Part shown: positions 45,100 through 58,969 of the stretch, in pieces
How the letters are laid out: each line of letters starts with the position of its first letter
Position numbering within the stretch: the first letter of the stretch is position 1
NCBI RefSeq assembly: GCF_030684315.1
Contig: NC_081388.1
Span: forward strand, 23,357,015-23,421,014
Direction of reading: 5' to 3'
DNA: 64,000 bases
DNA from: Stegostoma tigrinum
Taxonomy: Eukaryota
Translations under genes and position numbers: made by a program
The notes under the pieces: generated by a model
The model's database searches: none
The model's input: the letters and a program-made list of their open reading frames with translations, nothing else
Told to the model about the DNA's origin: nothing

Positions 45100-47950
45100 A
45101 TAGAGGCATAACATCATACAGCATGGAAACAGGCCCTTTGGCCAACCAGGCCAAACAGGTTTCCTAACCTGAGCTAATCCCATTTGTCAGCATTTGGCCC
45201 ATATCCTCTAAACCCGTACTACTCATGTACCTGTCCAAATGTCTTTTCCATGATGTAACTGTATCAGCCTCCACCACTTCCTCTGGCAGCTCATTTCATA
45301 CACACACTACCCTCTGCATGATAACATTGCTCCTCAGGTCATATTTTAATCTTTCTCCTCTCACCTTAAACCTATGCCCCTCTGGTTTTGGTCTCCCCCA
45401 CCCTGGGTGAAAGGCCTTGGCTACTTACCCTACCCATGCCCCTCATGATTTTATAAACCTCTATAAGATCGCGTCTCAGCCTCTGAAGCTCCAGGGAGAA
45501 AAGTTCCAGCCCATTCAGTCTCTCCCCATAGCTCAAACCCTCCAATCCAGCAATATCCTTGTAATTTTTTTTGTACCCTCTCAAGTTTAATAATATCCTT
45601 CCTATAGCAGAGTGACCAGAATTGTACGCAGTATTCCAAATGTGGCCTTATCAATGCCCTGCACAGCTGCAACATGACCTCCCAACTCCTGTACTCAATG
45701 CTCTGGCCAATGAAGGCAAATGTGCCAAACACCTTCTTCACCACCCTGTTCATCTGTGACACTACTTCCAAGGAACCATGTACCTGAACCCTTAGGTCTT
45801 TCTGTTTGACAACACTCTCCAGGGTCCAACCATGAACTGTGTAAGTCATGCCCTGGCTTATCTTCCCAAAATGCAACACCTCACATTTATCCAAATTAAA
45901 CCCCACCTGCCATTCCTCAGCCCACTGGCTCAATTGATCAAGATCCCACTGTAATCTTAGAAACCCTCTTCCCTGTCCGCTACATCACTATTCAAGCAGA
46001 TGCAATGGCCTAGTGGTATCATCGCTGGACTGTTAACCCAGAGACCCAGACTATGTTCTGGGGATCCTGGTTTGAATCCTGCCGTGGCAGGTGGTGGAAG
46101 CTGAATTCAATAAATGTCTGGAATTAACAATCTAACGATGACTGTGAATCCATTGTCGATTGTTGGGAAAAATCCATCTGGTTCACTAATGTTCTTTGGG
46201 GAAGGAAACTGCCACCCTTATCTGGTCTGACCTACATGTGACTCCAGACCCACAACAATGTGGTTGATTCTTAACTGCCCTCTGGGCAATTAGGGATGGG
46301 CAATAAATGCTGCCCTAGCCAGTGGCACCCTCATCCAGTGAATGAAAAAAAACCGACACCACCAATTTTGGTGTGATCTGCAAACTTACTAACCATATCT
46401 CCTATATTCACATCCAGATTATTTATATAAATGATAAACAACAGTGGACCCAGCATCTTCAGCACACCTCCAATCACAGGCTTTCAGTCTGAACGATGAC
46501 CCTCACCACTATCCTCTGTCTCCAGCTGGCTAGCCAATTTTGTATCCAACTGGCTAGCTCTCCCTGGATCCCACATGCTCTAACCTTGCTCACCAGTTAC
46601 CAGGTGGAACCTTAGAACATAGAACATAGAACATTACAGCACAGTACAGGCCCTTCGGCCCTCGATGTTGTGCCGACCTGTCATACCGATCTCAAGCCCA
46701 TCTAACCTACACTATTCCATGTACATCCATATGCTTATCCAATGACGACTTAAATGTACCTAAAGTTGGCGAATCTACTACCGTTGCAGGCAAAGCGTTC
46801 CATTCCCTTACTACTCTCTGAGAAAAGAAACCACCTCTGACATCTGTCCTATATCTTTCACCCCTCAATTTAAAGCTATGCCCCCTCCTGCTCGCCGTCA
46901 CTATCCTAGGAAAAAGGCTCTCCCTATCCACCCTATCTAGCCCTCTGATTATCTTATATGTTTCAATTAAGTCACCTCTCAACCTTCTTCTCTTTAATGA
47001 AAACAGCCTCAAGTCCCTCAGCCTTTCCTCGTAAGACCTTCCCTCCATACCAGGCAACATCCTAGTAAATCTCCTCTGCACCCTTTCCAAAGCTTCCACA
47101 TCCTTCTAATAATGCGGTGACCAGAACTGTACACAATACTCCAAGTGCAGCTGCACCAGAGTTTTGTACAGCTTCACCATAACCTCTTGGTTCCGGAACT
47201 CGATCCCTCTATTAATAAAAGCTAAAACACTGTATGCCTTCTTAACAGCCCTGTCAACCTGGGTGGCAACTTTCAAGGATCTGTGTACATGGACACCGAG
47301 ATCTCTCTGCTCATCTATACTACCAAGAATCTTACCATTAGCTCAGTACTTTGCCTTCTGGTTACTCCTACCAAAGTGCATCACCTCACACTTGTCTGCA
47401 TTAAACTCCATTTGCCACCTCTCAGCCCAGCTCTGCAGCTTATCTATGTACCCTGTTGAAGGTTCTTGTTAAAGTCCATGTAGACAACGTCTACCTTTCT
47501 GACCCATCTATCTTCTTCGTCACCTCTTCAAAAAAACTCAATCAAATTTGCGAGACTTGATTTCTCATGAACAAAACCACACTGACTGTTCCTAGTCAGT
47601 CCTTGCCTTTCCAAATGCATGTAAATCCTGTCCCTCAGAATCTCCTCCAACAAATTATCCATCACTGACATCAGACTTACTGGTCTATAGATCCTAGGCT
47701 TCCCCTTGCAGCCTTACTTAAATAATTGCGTAACATTAGCCACCCTTCAGTTTTCCAGCACTTCACTGGCTGTCGATGACACAAATATCTCTGCTAGGGG
47801 GCCCACAATTTCCCCCAGTTTCCAACAATGTCCTTGGATATACTTGATCAGGATTTATCTACCTTTATGCATCTTAAGACATCTAGAACCTCTTTCTCTG
47901 CAATGTGGACTCTTTTCAAGGGATCATTACTTACTCTCCCGAGTTCCCTA
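45100..47950 (-). mobile_element. Old CR1 with nested SINE (about 46003-46350) and nested young CR1 (about 46612-47450)
   Basis: CR1 ORF2 fragments 45372-45933 and 46707-47099; ATAGAAC tail repeats at 46613-46635. Confidence 0.82.
46003..46350 (+). mobile_element. Second tRNA-derived SINE family; related copies at about 1990-2260, 2270-2490, 18520-18820, 34193-34540
   Basis: Head TGGCCTAGTGG...GGTTTGAATCC, shared core CTACATGTGACTCCAGAC, A-rich end. Confidence 0.7.
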
Positions 47951-48959
47951 GTTTCCACGCCTTAAATCACAGTGAATCTGTCCAATCTCCCTGCATAACT
48001 AAAACTTCCTAGCTCAGATAGCATCCTGGCCAATTTCCATTGCACCGCCTCCAGTGCAATCCCATCCCCCCTGTAATGTGGATTCCAGAACTGAACAATA
48101 TCTTTGGCTTAGCCAATATTACAGTTCCGGAATCACCTCCCTGCTCTTAAACTCTATACTTCAGCTGATGAAGGCAAGTAACCCATATGTCTTGTTAACC
48201 ATCACCTAACCAACTTTCAGATCATTCACAAACATACAAACTAACATTCCTGCAATTAAGTCTAAATCATTTATATAAACCACAGAACACAGGCACTCAT
48301 CACTGATCCTTGTGGGCGCCCTCTGGCCAAAGGCTATCATCACACACCCACTCCTGCCACCAATCCCCTCCCCTCCACCCACCCATCACCCTTTGCTTCC
48401 TGACACTCTTGCCTTTGCTATCAGTTTTCTATATGGGAACTTGTCAAAAGACCCTTGCTGAAGTCCAAATAACCTACATCGAAAGCGTTGCCCTCACCTA
48501 TACACCTGGCTGCTCTTTGAAAAACTCAGTTGAGTTGGTCAGATGTGACCTCCCATGAAGAAAAACATGGTAATTGCCCTTCATTAATTCCCATTTCTCT
48601 TTGTGCAGATTCATTCTGACGCTCTGAATTGCTTCCAATAGGATTTACACCCCTGAGGTTAGGCTGACTAGCCTGTAGTTTCCTGGTTTATCCCATGTTC
48701 TTTTTTTTGAATAAGAGTACCACTTTGGCTGTCCTCTGGACCTCTGGCACCTTTCTTATAGATGAATTAAAAATTATTTTCAGTGCCCCAGTTATTTCCT
48801 CCCTTGGCTCACTCAGCAGCCTGGGATACTATAATGCAATACTAATACAGTGCAGCTTAACAATGAAAGGTCTGCTATGCCTTGAATATTAAACATTTTC
48901 TTTCTTCTCCCTTATGTTTTAAAAATTCTGTATATTTAAATGTGCACAAATTTTTTTAG

Positions 48960-51130
48960 AGTCACAGAGTCATACAGCATGGAAACAGACCCTTCGGTCC
49001 AGCCAGGTCATGCTGACCATAAACTCAAATGGAACTAGCCCCACCTGCCTGTGCTTGGCCCATATCCCTCCAGACTTTTCTTATTCATGTACTTATCCAG
49101 ATGCCTTTGAAACACTGTAACTGTCCCCACACCCACCATGTTCACACACAAGCCACTCTCCATGTAAAAACTTACCCCTCATGCCTTTTTTTAAACCTTT
49201 CTCCTATCACCTTAAAAATATGCCCCCAGTTTCAAAATACCCCACCCTTGGGAAAATACCCCACCTGCCATTCACCTTATCTACACCCTTATGATTTTAT
49301 AAATCTCTACAAGGTCACCCCCTCAACCTATGCTCCAGTGAGAAAATTCCCAGCCTATCCTGCCTCTGCTTATAACTCAAACTGTCCATTTCAGGTAACT
49401 TCCTGGTAAATCTCTTCTGAACCCTTTCTAACTTAATGAAATCTTTCCTATAATTGAGTGACCAGAACGGGAAACAGCACTCCAGAAGAGGCCTCACCAA
49501 TGTCCTGTACAACATCAACAAAACATCCCCAACTCTTGTAATCGAAGGTCTGAGCAATGAAGGCAAGTGTGCTAAATGCCTTCATGAACATCCTGTTTAT
49601 ACGTGGCACAAACACCAAATAATTGGTATCTGAACCCCTAGGTCTCTCTGTTCTACGACACTACCCAGACCCTACTTTTAATTGTATAAGTCCTGTCCTT
49701 GTTCATTTTACCAACATGCAAAACTTCACAATTATCCAAATGAAACTCCATCTGTCACGCCTCAGCCCACTGACCCAATTGACCAAGATCTGTTTGTAAT
49801 CTTAGATATCCTTCTTCACTGTCCACTATACCACCAATCTCGGGGTTATCCTCAAACTTACTAACCATGCTTTCTATGTTCTCATCTGAACCATTTATAT
49901 CAATGACAAAGGTAAGTGGACCCAGCACTGATCCCTGTGGAACCCCACTGTGTTATGGACCAGACCAGACCCCCTCAAAATATATTAAGAAAGCAGCCTA
50001 GTCTCTAAATTTTTCTCATTTAAAAAGTATATGTCAGGAGCTGTGTTCTCTATCGCACTTGCATTAGTTCAAACTACTCGATGTTAAGCAAAACATAATT
50101 TATTCAAACACAACATTAAAATTCAACAACTTAACTCGATTGGAAAACTTAACAGCATAATTGATACAGTAACTACTACTAATTAACTGTTTCAATATAG
50201 TAATTCCATAAGCACAGGCTTGGCAAAAGGCAAATTCGGAGAACAGGTTGTCTTACCTATAGCTTGAAGCAGGTTAAGAATCCCCAGCTCTTGGCTGTAA
50301 CCAAAAGAGGTTCATAGAAAAGCTTCTGCCACTTTAAGACCCTGACAACAATTACTAAAAACTAAACCTAAAATCCCTAGTTCTGTGGTTGGAAGCTTGA
50401 CCACACTCATTCAGTCTGTATCTACTGTTCTGACTTTAAAAAAAACCACCGAAAGCTTCATGAGCTGTTTATCTTCTTCAGAGACTGCTCACTACCTGTC
50501 CCCTAATCTCGCTCCACAAAAAAAGACCCAGGATGGAATAAACTCTAAAAGCCATTGTATCGTCACAGCTGGACACAGGCTTCCAGTCTGAAAAGGAGCC
50601 TTCCACCTGTTCTCTGTCTCTTACCGTTAAGCCAATTGGTCAGCTCACCCTGAATCCCATGTGATGTAACTTTACTAAATAATCTACATGCAGATCTTTG
50701 TCAAAGGCTTCGCTAAATTCCAAGTAAACAATGCCTACCACCCTGCCCTCATCAATCACCTTGATTACTTCCTCAAAAGCTCAATCAAGTTACTAAGACA
50801 CAACTTCCCTCCCACAAAACCTTCCTGACTATTCCTAATCATTCCTTGCCTTTCCAAATGCTTGTAAATCCTATCTTTCAGAATCACTTCCAACAACATA
50901 CCCATCACTGAAGTCAGACTCACAGGTCTGTAGTTCCCAGGCTTCTCCTCACACCCCTTCTTCAACAAAGGCGCAACGTTCGCTACCCTCCAGCCATCTG
51001 GCACCACACTTTTTGTTATGGCTGATACATGCATTTCTACAAGATGTCCCAAAATTTTCTCCCTAACTTCCTGCAATGTCTGAGATGTATTAAATCGGGC
51101 CCTAGAGATGTATCTACCCATATATTTTCG
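48960..51130 (-). mobile_element. Old CR1 LINE fragment
   Basis: [33 protein letters not shown] remnants. Confidence 0.8.
49951..50567. mobile_element. Probable solo LTR inserted in CR1
   Basis: TG...CA termini (TGTTATGG...CGTCACA), flanked by actg/gctg, splitting a contiguous CR1 sequence. Confidence 0.55.
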
Positions 51131-52252
51131 AAGACCTCATTTGAAAATGCATTCTTAAAACAGCTACATCACAACATTCTTGCTGATAACCTACAGGGTG
51201 ATTAGAAATCACAGGTGGCAATACTTGTTCCTTGCACTTGACTACAAGCGCTGGGCTGTGTTGTTCACGACTGCTCAGAAATAGCAAGACCTTGAACAGA
51301 ATTCTAACTGCGTATACATCCGTGAATCACCCTGTGTTTACAGAAGGCAGAGAGCAAGGCACTGTACTGGATCAAGTTGTAAATGTAAAACGAATTGATT
51401 TATTGCATGTCAGATATAGAAGAGCAAACAATTTAAGTTTTTCACTGAGGAAGGTTATTTTTAACTGTTCTCTGTACAGTGAAACTAAATAAGGCACAAC
51501 TCTCGCTCCCCAGACAAACATTTATTTTCAGTTTGGCCATTTCTAAGGTAACCATAGAATCTTCAATGAAGGCCTCTATGACCGTGTCCAGAAAAAAAAC
51601 CAGTATAAATAATAAGCACGTTTCATTAGTATTTGAAGAAATGGTAACATGCCTTTTGAAAGTAAAATTTTGCACGGTTACTTCATCCAACACTTTCAAC
51701 TGATTTTCTAAATTAAAATACAGTATTTTAACACAATTAGAGACCTTTCAACAAAAACCCAAGGGTTTATAACAATGACATGTTTCACTATTTACAAGGA
51801 GATAACACGGTGTGGAGCTGGATGAACACAGCAGGCCGAGCAGCATCATAGGAGCAGGAAAGCTGACGTTTCTGGCCTAAAAGTCCTAGTTTATCAGTCA
51901 TAAACGTAGAATGATTCTGTCACATCAAGTAGCTCTTGCCTACTCAATAATGTGGTGACCACAGTATGGATGGATTGTTTTATGAACAAAGATTAAACAG
52001 GCTGGGACTCTGTTCATTTAAGTTTGGAAGAATGAGAGGTAATCTCATTGAAACATATAGGATTCGTAAAGAACTTGACAGCTAAAATGCCAAGAGGGTG
52101 TTTCCCCTCATGGGAGAGTCTAGGGCTGGAGGGCACATCCTCCAAATGAAGGGGTACCCATGTCAGACTGAGACATGGAGGAATTTCTTCTCTCAGATGA
52201 TTATTAGTCTGTGGAACTCATTGCCACAGAGAGCTGACGGGCAGAGACCTCG

Positions 52253-53153
52253 TGGATGAGGTTGTTGACTTGCTCACCAAGCTGGCTGGTTTTTGTTCAG
52301 ATGTTTTGTCACCAGACATCATCAGTGGAGCCTCCGATGAAGTGATGTTATTCTACTCTGCTTGGAATTTATACTGCCCGGTCTGTTATGGTGAGTCCTG
52401 TCATTTCTGGTTTTGAACTGTTTGTGTTTGTGTATGGGGTCCAATTCTATATGTTTGTTGATTTAAGTACAGGTAGAGAACCATGCCTCTAGCAATTTCC
52501 ATGTGCGTCTATGTTTGGCTTAGGTTACAATGGTTACTTTGTCCAGTTAAACTGATGGCATTCATTGTCTGAGTGTATCGATATTAAGGAGTTCATCATG
52601 CTGTTGTGCTGCTAGATGACGTTCATGTATTCTGATGGCTAGTTTCCTTCCTGTCTGTCCCATGTAAATGTTTGTGGCAGTCATTGCATGGCATTTTGTA
52701 AACCACTTTGGTTTTGCTTAATATCGGTACACTCAGACAATGAATGCCATCAGTTTAACTGGACAAAGTAACCATTGTAACCTAAGCCAAACATAGATGC
52801 ACATGGAAATTGCTAGAGGCATGGTTCTCTACCTGTACTTAAATCAACAAACATATAGAATTGGACCCCATACACAAACACAAACAGTTCAAAACCAGAA
52901 ATGACAGTACTCACTATAACAGACTGGACAGTATAAATTCCAAGCAGAGTAGAATAGAACATAGAACAATACAGCGCAGAACAGGCCCTTCGGCCCTCGA
53001 TGTTGCGTCGACCTGTGAACTGATCTAAGCCCCTCCCCCTACACTATCCCATCGCTTCATTGGACGCTCCACTGTTGATGTCACCAAGCGTGGTGACAAA
53101 ATGTCTGAACAAAAACCAGCCAGCTCGGCAAGCAAGTCAACAATTTCATCCAC
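52253..53153. mobile_element. Fold-back of a second Penelope-family 3' end (long inverted repeat), interrupted by a short CR1 tail
   Basis: Arms about 52349-52589 and 52717-52956 are reverse complements; outer arms 52253-52348 and 53053-53153 carry decayed CTGATGA...GAAA boxes; the spacer encodes a GIY-YIG-like remnant. Confidence 0.75.
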
Positions 53154-53666
53154 AACCCAAGTTACAGATCTTTGCCAAAACTTTAAAGTCCTGGTGTTTA
53201 TTTAGGGTTGAGGTAGACAGATTCTTGAGAAGTGAGGGAAATCAAGAGTTTTGGGGAAAACACAGGAAAATGGTTTTGAGGAATGTCAGATCAGACATGA
53301 TCCTATTGAATGGCAGAGCAGGCCCAAGGGGCTGAATGGCCTATTTCATGTGGTCCTGTAACATGCTGTACTATAAATGCATGCTAATAAATCAATATGT
53401 ACCCCAGGAATTAACAGTATTTCTTTCAATTAATAGGAATACAAAAATAAGTTTGTAGGAAATGACTTTCAAAATAAAGGATTCATAAAATCTTTCCAAA
53501 TATCTAGAATGTTTTTAAATGTGAAAATTTTACAATTAGATTAAAGCATACTTCACCAAACACAAGCAATAACCTTAGTAAGGAAAATGCAGTTTTAGTT
53601 TAGTGATTTCTACTTGAGCCATCGCCGGTGCTGTTGATATCTCAATTTGTTGATCTTTGTTTCCAT

Positions 53667-53839
53667 TCAATTATCCCTGATGGGATTCATTGACCTATCT
53701 CCCACAGGTTGATTTCTATCGCAGACATTATAGCTGCCACTTCTATTTGCAGTGCTGAACTTATTGATAAGTGTTATAATCAATCCGATGGCTATGCCAA
53801 TTGTCACGCAGATTATTGGAGAGACTCTGTATCTTGTAC
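53667..53839 (-). CDS. Second, divergent ICAM-type TM/cytoplasmic exon: GTRYRVSPIICVTIGIAIGLIITLINKFSTANRSGSYNVCDRNQPVGDRSMNPIRDN*
   Basis: Branch-point-like cactaat and acceptor atcttcacag|, phase 1; hydrophobic segment plus KF...GSYNV aligns with IIVVTVGIA...KF...GEYNV of the other TM exons. Not in the ORF track. Confidence 0.75.
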
Positions 53840-54519
53840 CTGTGAAGATATTAGTGAAAACACAAATTATTGCTTTGTTTCAAAGCAACATGTTTATAAT
53901 GAAGAAATCCATTGCTTAATCACATCATTCCCACATTTACCAGATAGACTGAGTTGGTTCAAGGAGGAAACTCAACCCTACCTTTGCACAGGCGATTCTC
54001 AAAGAATCAGTATGGGACGAGCAGGAACATCCTACAACTAATGATATCAGAAAATCAAAGCCATTGTCGAAAGCTGCTGTGATAATTCCCATTCCCTTTG
54101 CAGTCCTGCCTTTGAGCCTGAATAAACCTGCCCCTGACATTAGCCTTCTCGGCAAGCCTGTGTTGAATTTCTGACCCCAATTATGTTTGCAACACTCAGA
54201 CCACCCACTTCCACTGCAATAATATTGCATGTCTCTGGCCTTGCCTCAACCCATTGACTTCTGAAACCCCCATGCCCGCACTTGTTATCTTGAAACTCGC
54301 CTTAACCTTCAAAACCCACTGCTCCAACTGGACTCTGCCAATTTTATAAATTTGCACCCTCTGTGAAATTAATTTCATCTAACTCTGATCTCCATAACCT
54401 AACACACACCCATTCTATTTACCCACAATGCCTGTGCTTGCTGACCTGTCAGAAAGCAATATTTGACACAGACACGTATAATCCATTGACCCCTACAGTC
54501 AGCTGGACTGTAAGAATTA

Positions 54520-55610
54520 AATCCTCACACCAACTTCCTCTACCACATCTATTCTGCAGGGATCCTCAGAAATGACCACTATTTTCCTCAACCGAGGATT
54601 CCTTACAATTGCAGTTGATAAGGTCCTTACTGTATCCAACACCTTTCCCGTTCTTCCGCCTTCACCCCTGCTCTTCTCTTTCACAAGGCTAACAAGGTGC
54701 CCCAGACCTCAGTTTCTATCCTACCAGCACCAAAGGACTATAAGATACTATTTCTGCCCCCTCCAGTGGGATGCCACCAGCAGACACATATTACACTCTC
54801 TTCCCTTGTCAGCATTTCACAGGCGCTGCTCCATTTGGGACACCTCGGTTCACTCCTCCTGCACTCTTAAATCTGTCTTCACACCCCCTCAGATTACACT
54901 TTCCCATGTAATCACAGAGGGTGTAATATTTGCTCATTCACCTCCTCACTGTCCAAGGCCTCAGGCATTCCATCTAAGTGAAGCAGCGATTCACCTCCAC
55001 TTCACTCAATCTAATCTACTGTGTTCGCTAATTACAATGTGATCCCTTTAGTTTTCCGCAATGGCAAGATGAAACACAGACTGGGTGACCTTTCTGTGGA
55101 ACATCTACATTCTGCCTGTAAGAACAACCCTGGCCTGCCAGCTGCCTGCCAATTCAACGCAACCTGTGTTCCCCAGCCAAAATCGCTGTCTTGGGACTAC
55201 TGTAGTGCTCGAGTGAGGCTCAGCAGGAGATGGAGGAACAGCATCTTATTTTCTGCATGGGGTCGCTTAAGCTTCCAGGATTCGATATTAATTTCAATAA
55301 TTTTAGAACTTGGACACATCATTCCATGTCCTTTACTCACCCCGCACTCCAGACCCTGTCGTGACATGGGCTGCTTTCAGCACAGCGAACCCATTTTCAT
55401 CTACTTATGGACTCATTATCTGCTTTTCTTCTTCCTGGCTTACAATCATACATCACTTTGTCTGTCAAACTTATTCCTTTCCCCCAGCTCTGAGTTCCAC
55501 ATTTATCAGGCAGTTACTGAGAAATGTCACTGGGCTGAAAATCTTAGCTTTCTCTCCGCAGATGCTGCCAGGGCTGATGAGTTTCTCCAACAAGCTTCTG
55601 CTTTTGCTTA
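54520..55610 (+). mobile_element. Old Penelope-like 3' fragment
   Basis: KHRLGDLSVEHL resembles [12 protein letters not shown] of the younger copy; ends in the same terminal repeat type. Confidence 0.6.
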
Positions 55611-56899
55611 GTGATGCCAGTTTGGATAATCAAAAGCTTAGTCAGGGAAGTAGCTGAAAGGAAGCACCTTAGAGGAGGAAAGGGCGCTAGAGGGGTTCAG
55701 GAAGAGAATTCCAGAATTTAGGCCCTCGGCAATCTAAACAGTGCAGCCACTAATGTTGGAGGTTCTACTGAAGCCAGAATTAGAGGAGTACAAATATCTC
55801 AGAGGGTTATATGAGTGCAGGAGATTACAGAGATAGGGAAGAATGAGCTCATGAACAGACTGGAAAACCTGAAAGATAATTTGAAAGTCAAGGCATTGTT
55901 TAGCCAGGACCAAATGTAGTTTAGTCAGCACAGAGATGGTGAGTTAGTATGGTATGGACTTAGTGTGACTAAAGATATGGTAGTACAAAGACTGACATCA
56001 GGTTTTCAAAGAATGAATGTGGGAAGCTGGCCTTAAGTGTGGTGGTGGTGAAGTGTAGAAGTCATTGAAGGCTCAGGGGCAGGTGAGTTTGGGAAGATGC
56101 AGGCTCTGGCAATGTTACAAAAGAGAAAAATGTCAGCTTTGCGATGTTGTCAGTATGTGGATAGAAGTGCAGGTTCAGTTACATGGCACCAGGATCCGTG
56201 GATCTTTGGTACAGAAGCAGTAACTCAGTTTGGGAAATTTCCTAACCAGCCTCAGTAGAAAGGTCCAACACCGCTGATACTTTCACTCCAGGGGTGGGGA
56301 AACGATGTCGCATATGGCAACAAATCATACAAGTGGCTCCTGCCCCAATATTTATAGATGGCTTGGAACGTTCTGACTGAGTGAAAATTCAAGCCTAAAG
56401 CTGCAAAAGATCCATCTCTTGCAGTTTCCAGTAAAACAAATGCAAGTGGCCTGGGGGACCGAGATGTAGCAGGAACTAAAGACAATGCCTTTGGCCTTCC
56501 AAATAATTCCAATAATCCTACATCTTAAGAACTTTGTAAACATACTTCTTTGAACAAGCGTTGGTCAGAATTCCTAATACCGCCTGAGACTCAGTAGCAA
56601 ATTGTTTTTCATGGTTTTGTGAAGATCCCTGCTGACGTACTACAGGGGAAGTCAGAACACAGAATAAAACCTGGTTTCATAGATGATATGTTTAATTTTG
56701 CAGTTATTTAACATTTAGGTTAGTTTCTGGAACCTGGTCACATGAGGCTCCAGATGTTCTTTAACAACAAAGCATAAACTTATTGCACAAAGAAAGATAA
56801 CAAATATAACTGACTCAATTCCAGAAAAGTGTCACTGCCAGCTTAACATTTTTACTTAACTGACTTTCCAGTTTATTCTCCTTACACTGTTGAGGATAT

Positions 56900-58330
56900 T
56901 TGATTTGGTTTGATTTATTGGCATGTGTATCCAAGTTCAGTGGAAAGCTTTGTTTATGAGCAGTACAGGTAGATCATAGTAAGCGAGGACATACAGATTA
57001 CCGGGTGAAGAAAAGCTTGTCAGAATAAGGCCTATATATTACACTATACTGGATGTATGTGAGACAAGATCAACATTAACAGGATCAGCATTATTTGAAG
57101 TTAGACAGCCGTGTCATCAGACTGATAACAGCTGGAAAGAAGCTGTTCCTGAACCTGCTGGTGCGTGTGTTCAGCTTTCTGTACCTGCTGCCTGATGGAA
57201 GAGGTTGTACGAGGTCATTACCGGGGTGCAATGCATCTTTGATGATGTTGGCCGCTATTCCATGGCAGCAAGCCATGTAAATGGAGTCCATGGGTGGAAG
57301 GTTGGCTTCTGTGACAGTCTGGACTGTGCACACCACCTTCTGTAGTTTCTTACGGCCCTGGGCAGAGCAGTTGCCGTACCAGGCTGTATGCACCCAGACA
57401 GTCTGCTTTCAGTGGTGCATCTGTAGAAGTTGGTGAGGGACCTCATGGACATGGCACATTTCCTGAGCTGCATGAGGAAGAAGAGGCTGTTGTGCCTTCC
57501 TGACTGTCACATTTACATGGGAAGCACAGGACAGGTTGTCGGTTATCATCACCCTGAGGAACTTGATGCTGTCCACTCTCACAACCTCAATTCTCATGTA
57601 GATGTGGTGTGTTCTCCTCCTTTCTTTCTGAAGTCGATGATCAGTTCTTTAATTTTGCCGAAGTTGAGAGACAGATTATTTTCATTGCACCACGTCACAA
57701 GCCCTCTATCTCCCTTCTGTAGTTTGACTCGTCATTGTTAGATATCCATCCCACTACAGGGGCATCGTCAGCAAACTTGTAGATGGCATTTGTTCGGAAT
57801 TTGAGACCACAGTCGTATGTGTACAGGGAGTATAGAAGGGGGCTGAGGATGCATCCTTCGGGGGTCTCCAGTGTTGAACAGTGTTGGGGGAGGAGCAGTT
57901 ACCTATCCTCATTGATTGGGGTCTGTGGGTCAGAAAGCTGAGGACCCAGTTTCAGAGGGTGGAGCCGAGACCAAGGTCACACAGTTTTGAGATCAGTCTG
58001 GAGGGGATAATGGTGTTGAAGGCGGCGCTGTAGTCAATGAACGGCAGTCTCATGTATGTGTCTTTGTTGTCCAGATATTCCAGGGATGAGTGCAGGGCTA
58101 GAGATATGGCATCCTCCGTGGACCCGTTATGTCAGTAGGCAAACTATAGGGGATTGAGGCAGATTGGGAGACTGGAGTTGATGAAGGCCATGACCAGCCT
58201 CTTGAAGCACTTCATGATGATTGAAGTCAGAGCCACTGGGCAGTAGTCATTAAGGCACTGGTTACACTGCATGTGTTTTATTGGGTACGGGGATGATAGT
58301 GTTCTTCTTGAAGCAGCTGGGGACTTTGGA
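56900..58330 (-). mobile_element. Rex1/Babar-type LINE fragment
   Basis: LNDYCPVALTSIIMKCFKRLV, LTNFYRCTTES, TAWYGNCSAQGRKKLQKVV, RTSRFRNSFFP. Confidence 0.8.
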
Positions 58331-58969
58331 TTGTAGGAGGGAGAGGTTGAAGGGTCAGTGAATAGCCTGCACAGGATCTTAGTGCTCAGCTGGGGACACT
58401 GTCCAGGAAGACCGATCTGAATTCTGACGTAGTAACAGAAGGAACATTTGTGCCTGTGTTTCCAATTCCGGTCCAAGTTCACTGCCATGGATTTGCCATA
58501 ATTCTGATGCCAAAACTTTGTCAATTTCAACTTGAAGAGTTCAGTTCAAAGTCTCCTGGTTTGGAAGCTCTACAAACTAGAAACCACAGCAGCTAATGTG
58601 ACTGGTTCCCCTGAACTGACTTAATTTTGCTTCTTGAAGAAATTATTCTATTTCCTGAGAAGGGCTCTGCTATTTTCTGAACTAAACCTTTGAACCTTCT
58701 GTTCTGAGATTAAAACAGAACTAATTCCCTTAATACATGTGAGCTGCTTTTCATAAGTACAAGACTGTAAGCATTTTACCCACGAACACAACAGCGGCTC
58801 CTGCAGGGATTCTACAATCATCACATATTATGGTGAGACTAAGATATTTAGTTTGCACATTGATTTTGTTTTAAGGTCAGAAAGTCAAAGAAACGACCGA
58901 CATCCATCCATCTCTCCTTTGAGATCAAACTCCTACAATAATATGTTACACATTATTTATCATTGCTTC

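Noticed and set aside
53709-54041. Plus-strand Cys-rich 110-aa ORF
   Set aside because: It is the antisense shadow of the minus-strand TM exon, which has splice signals and family homology.
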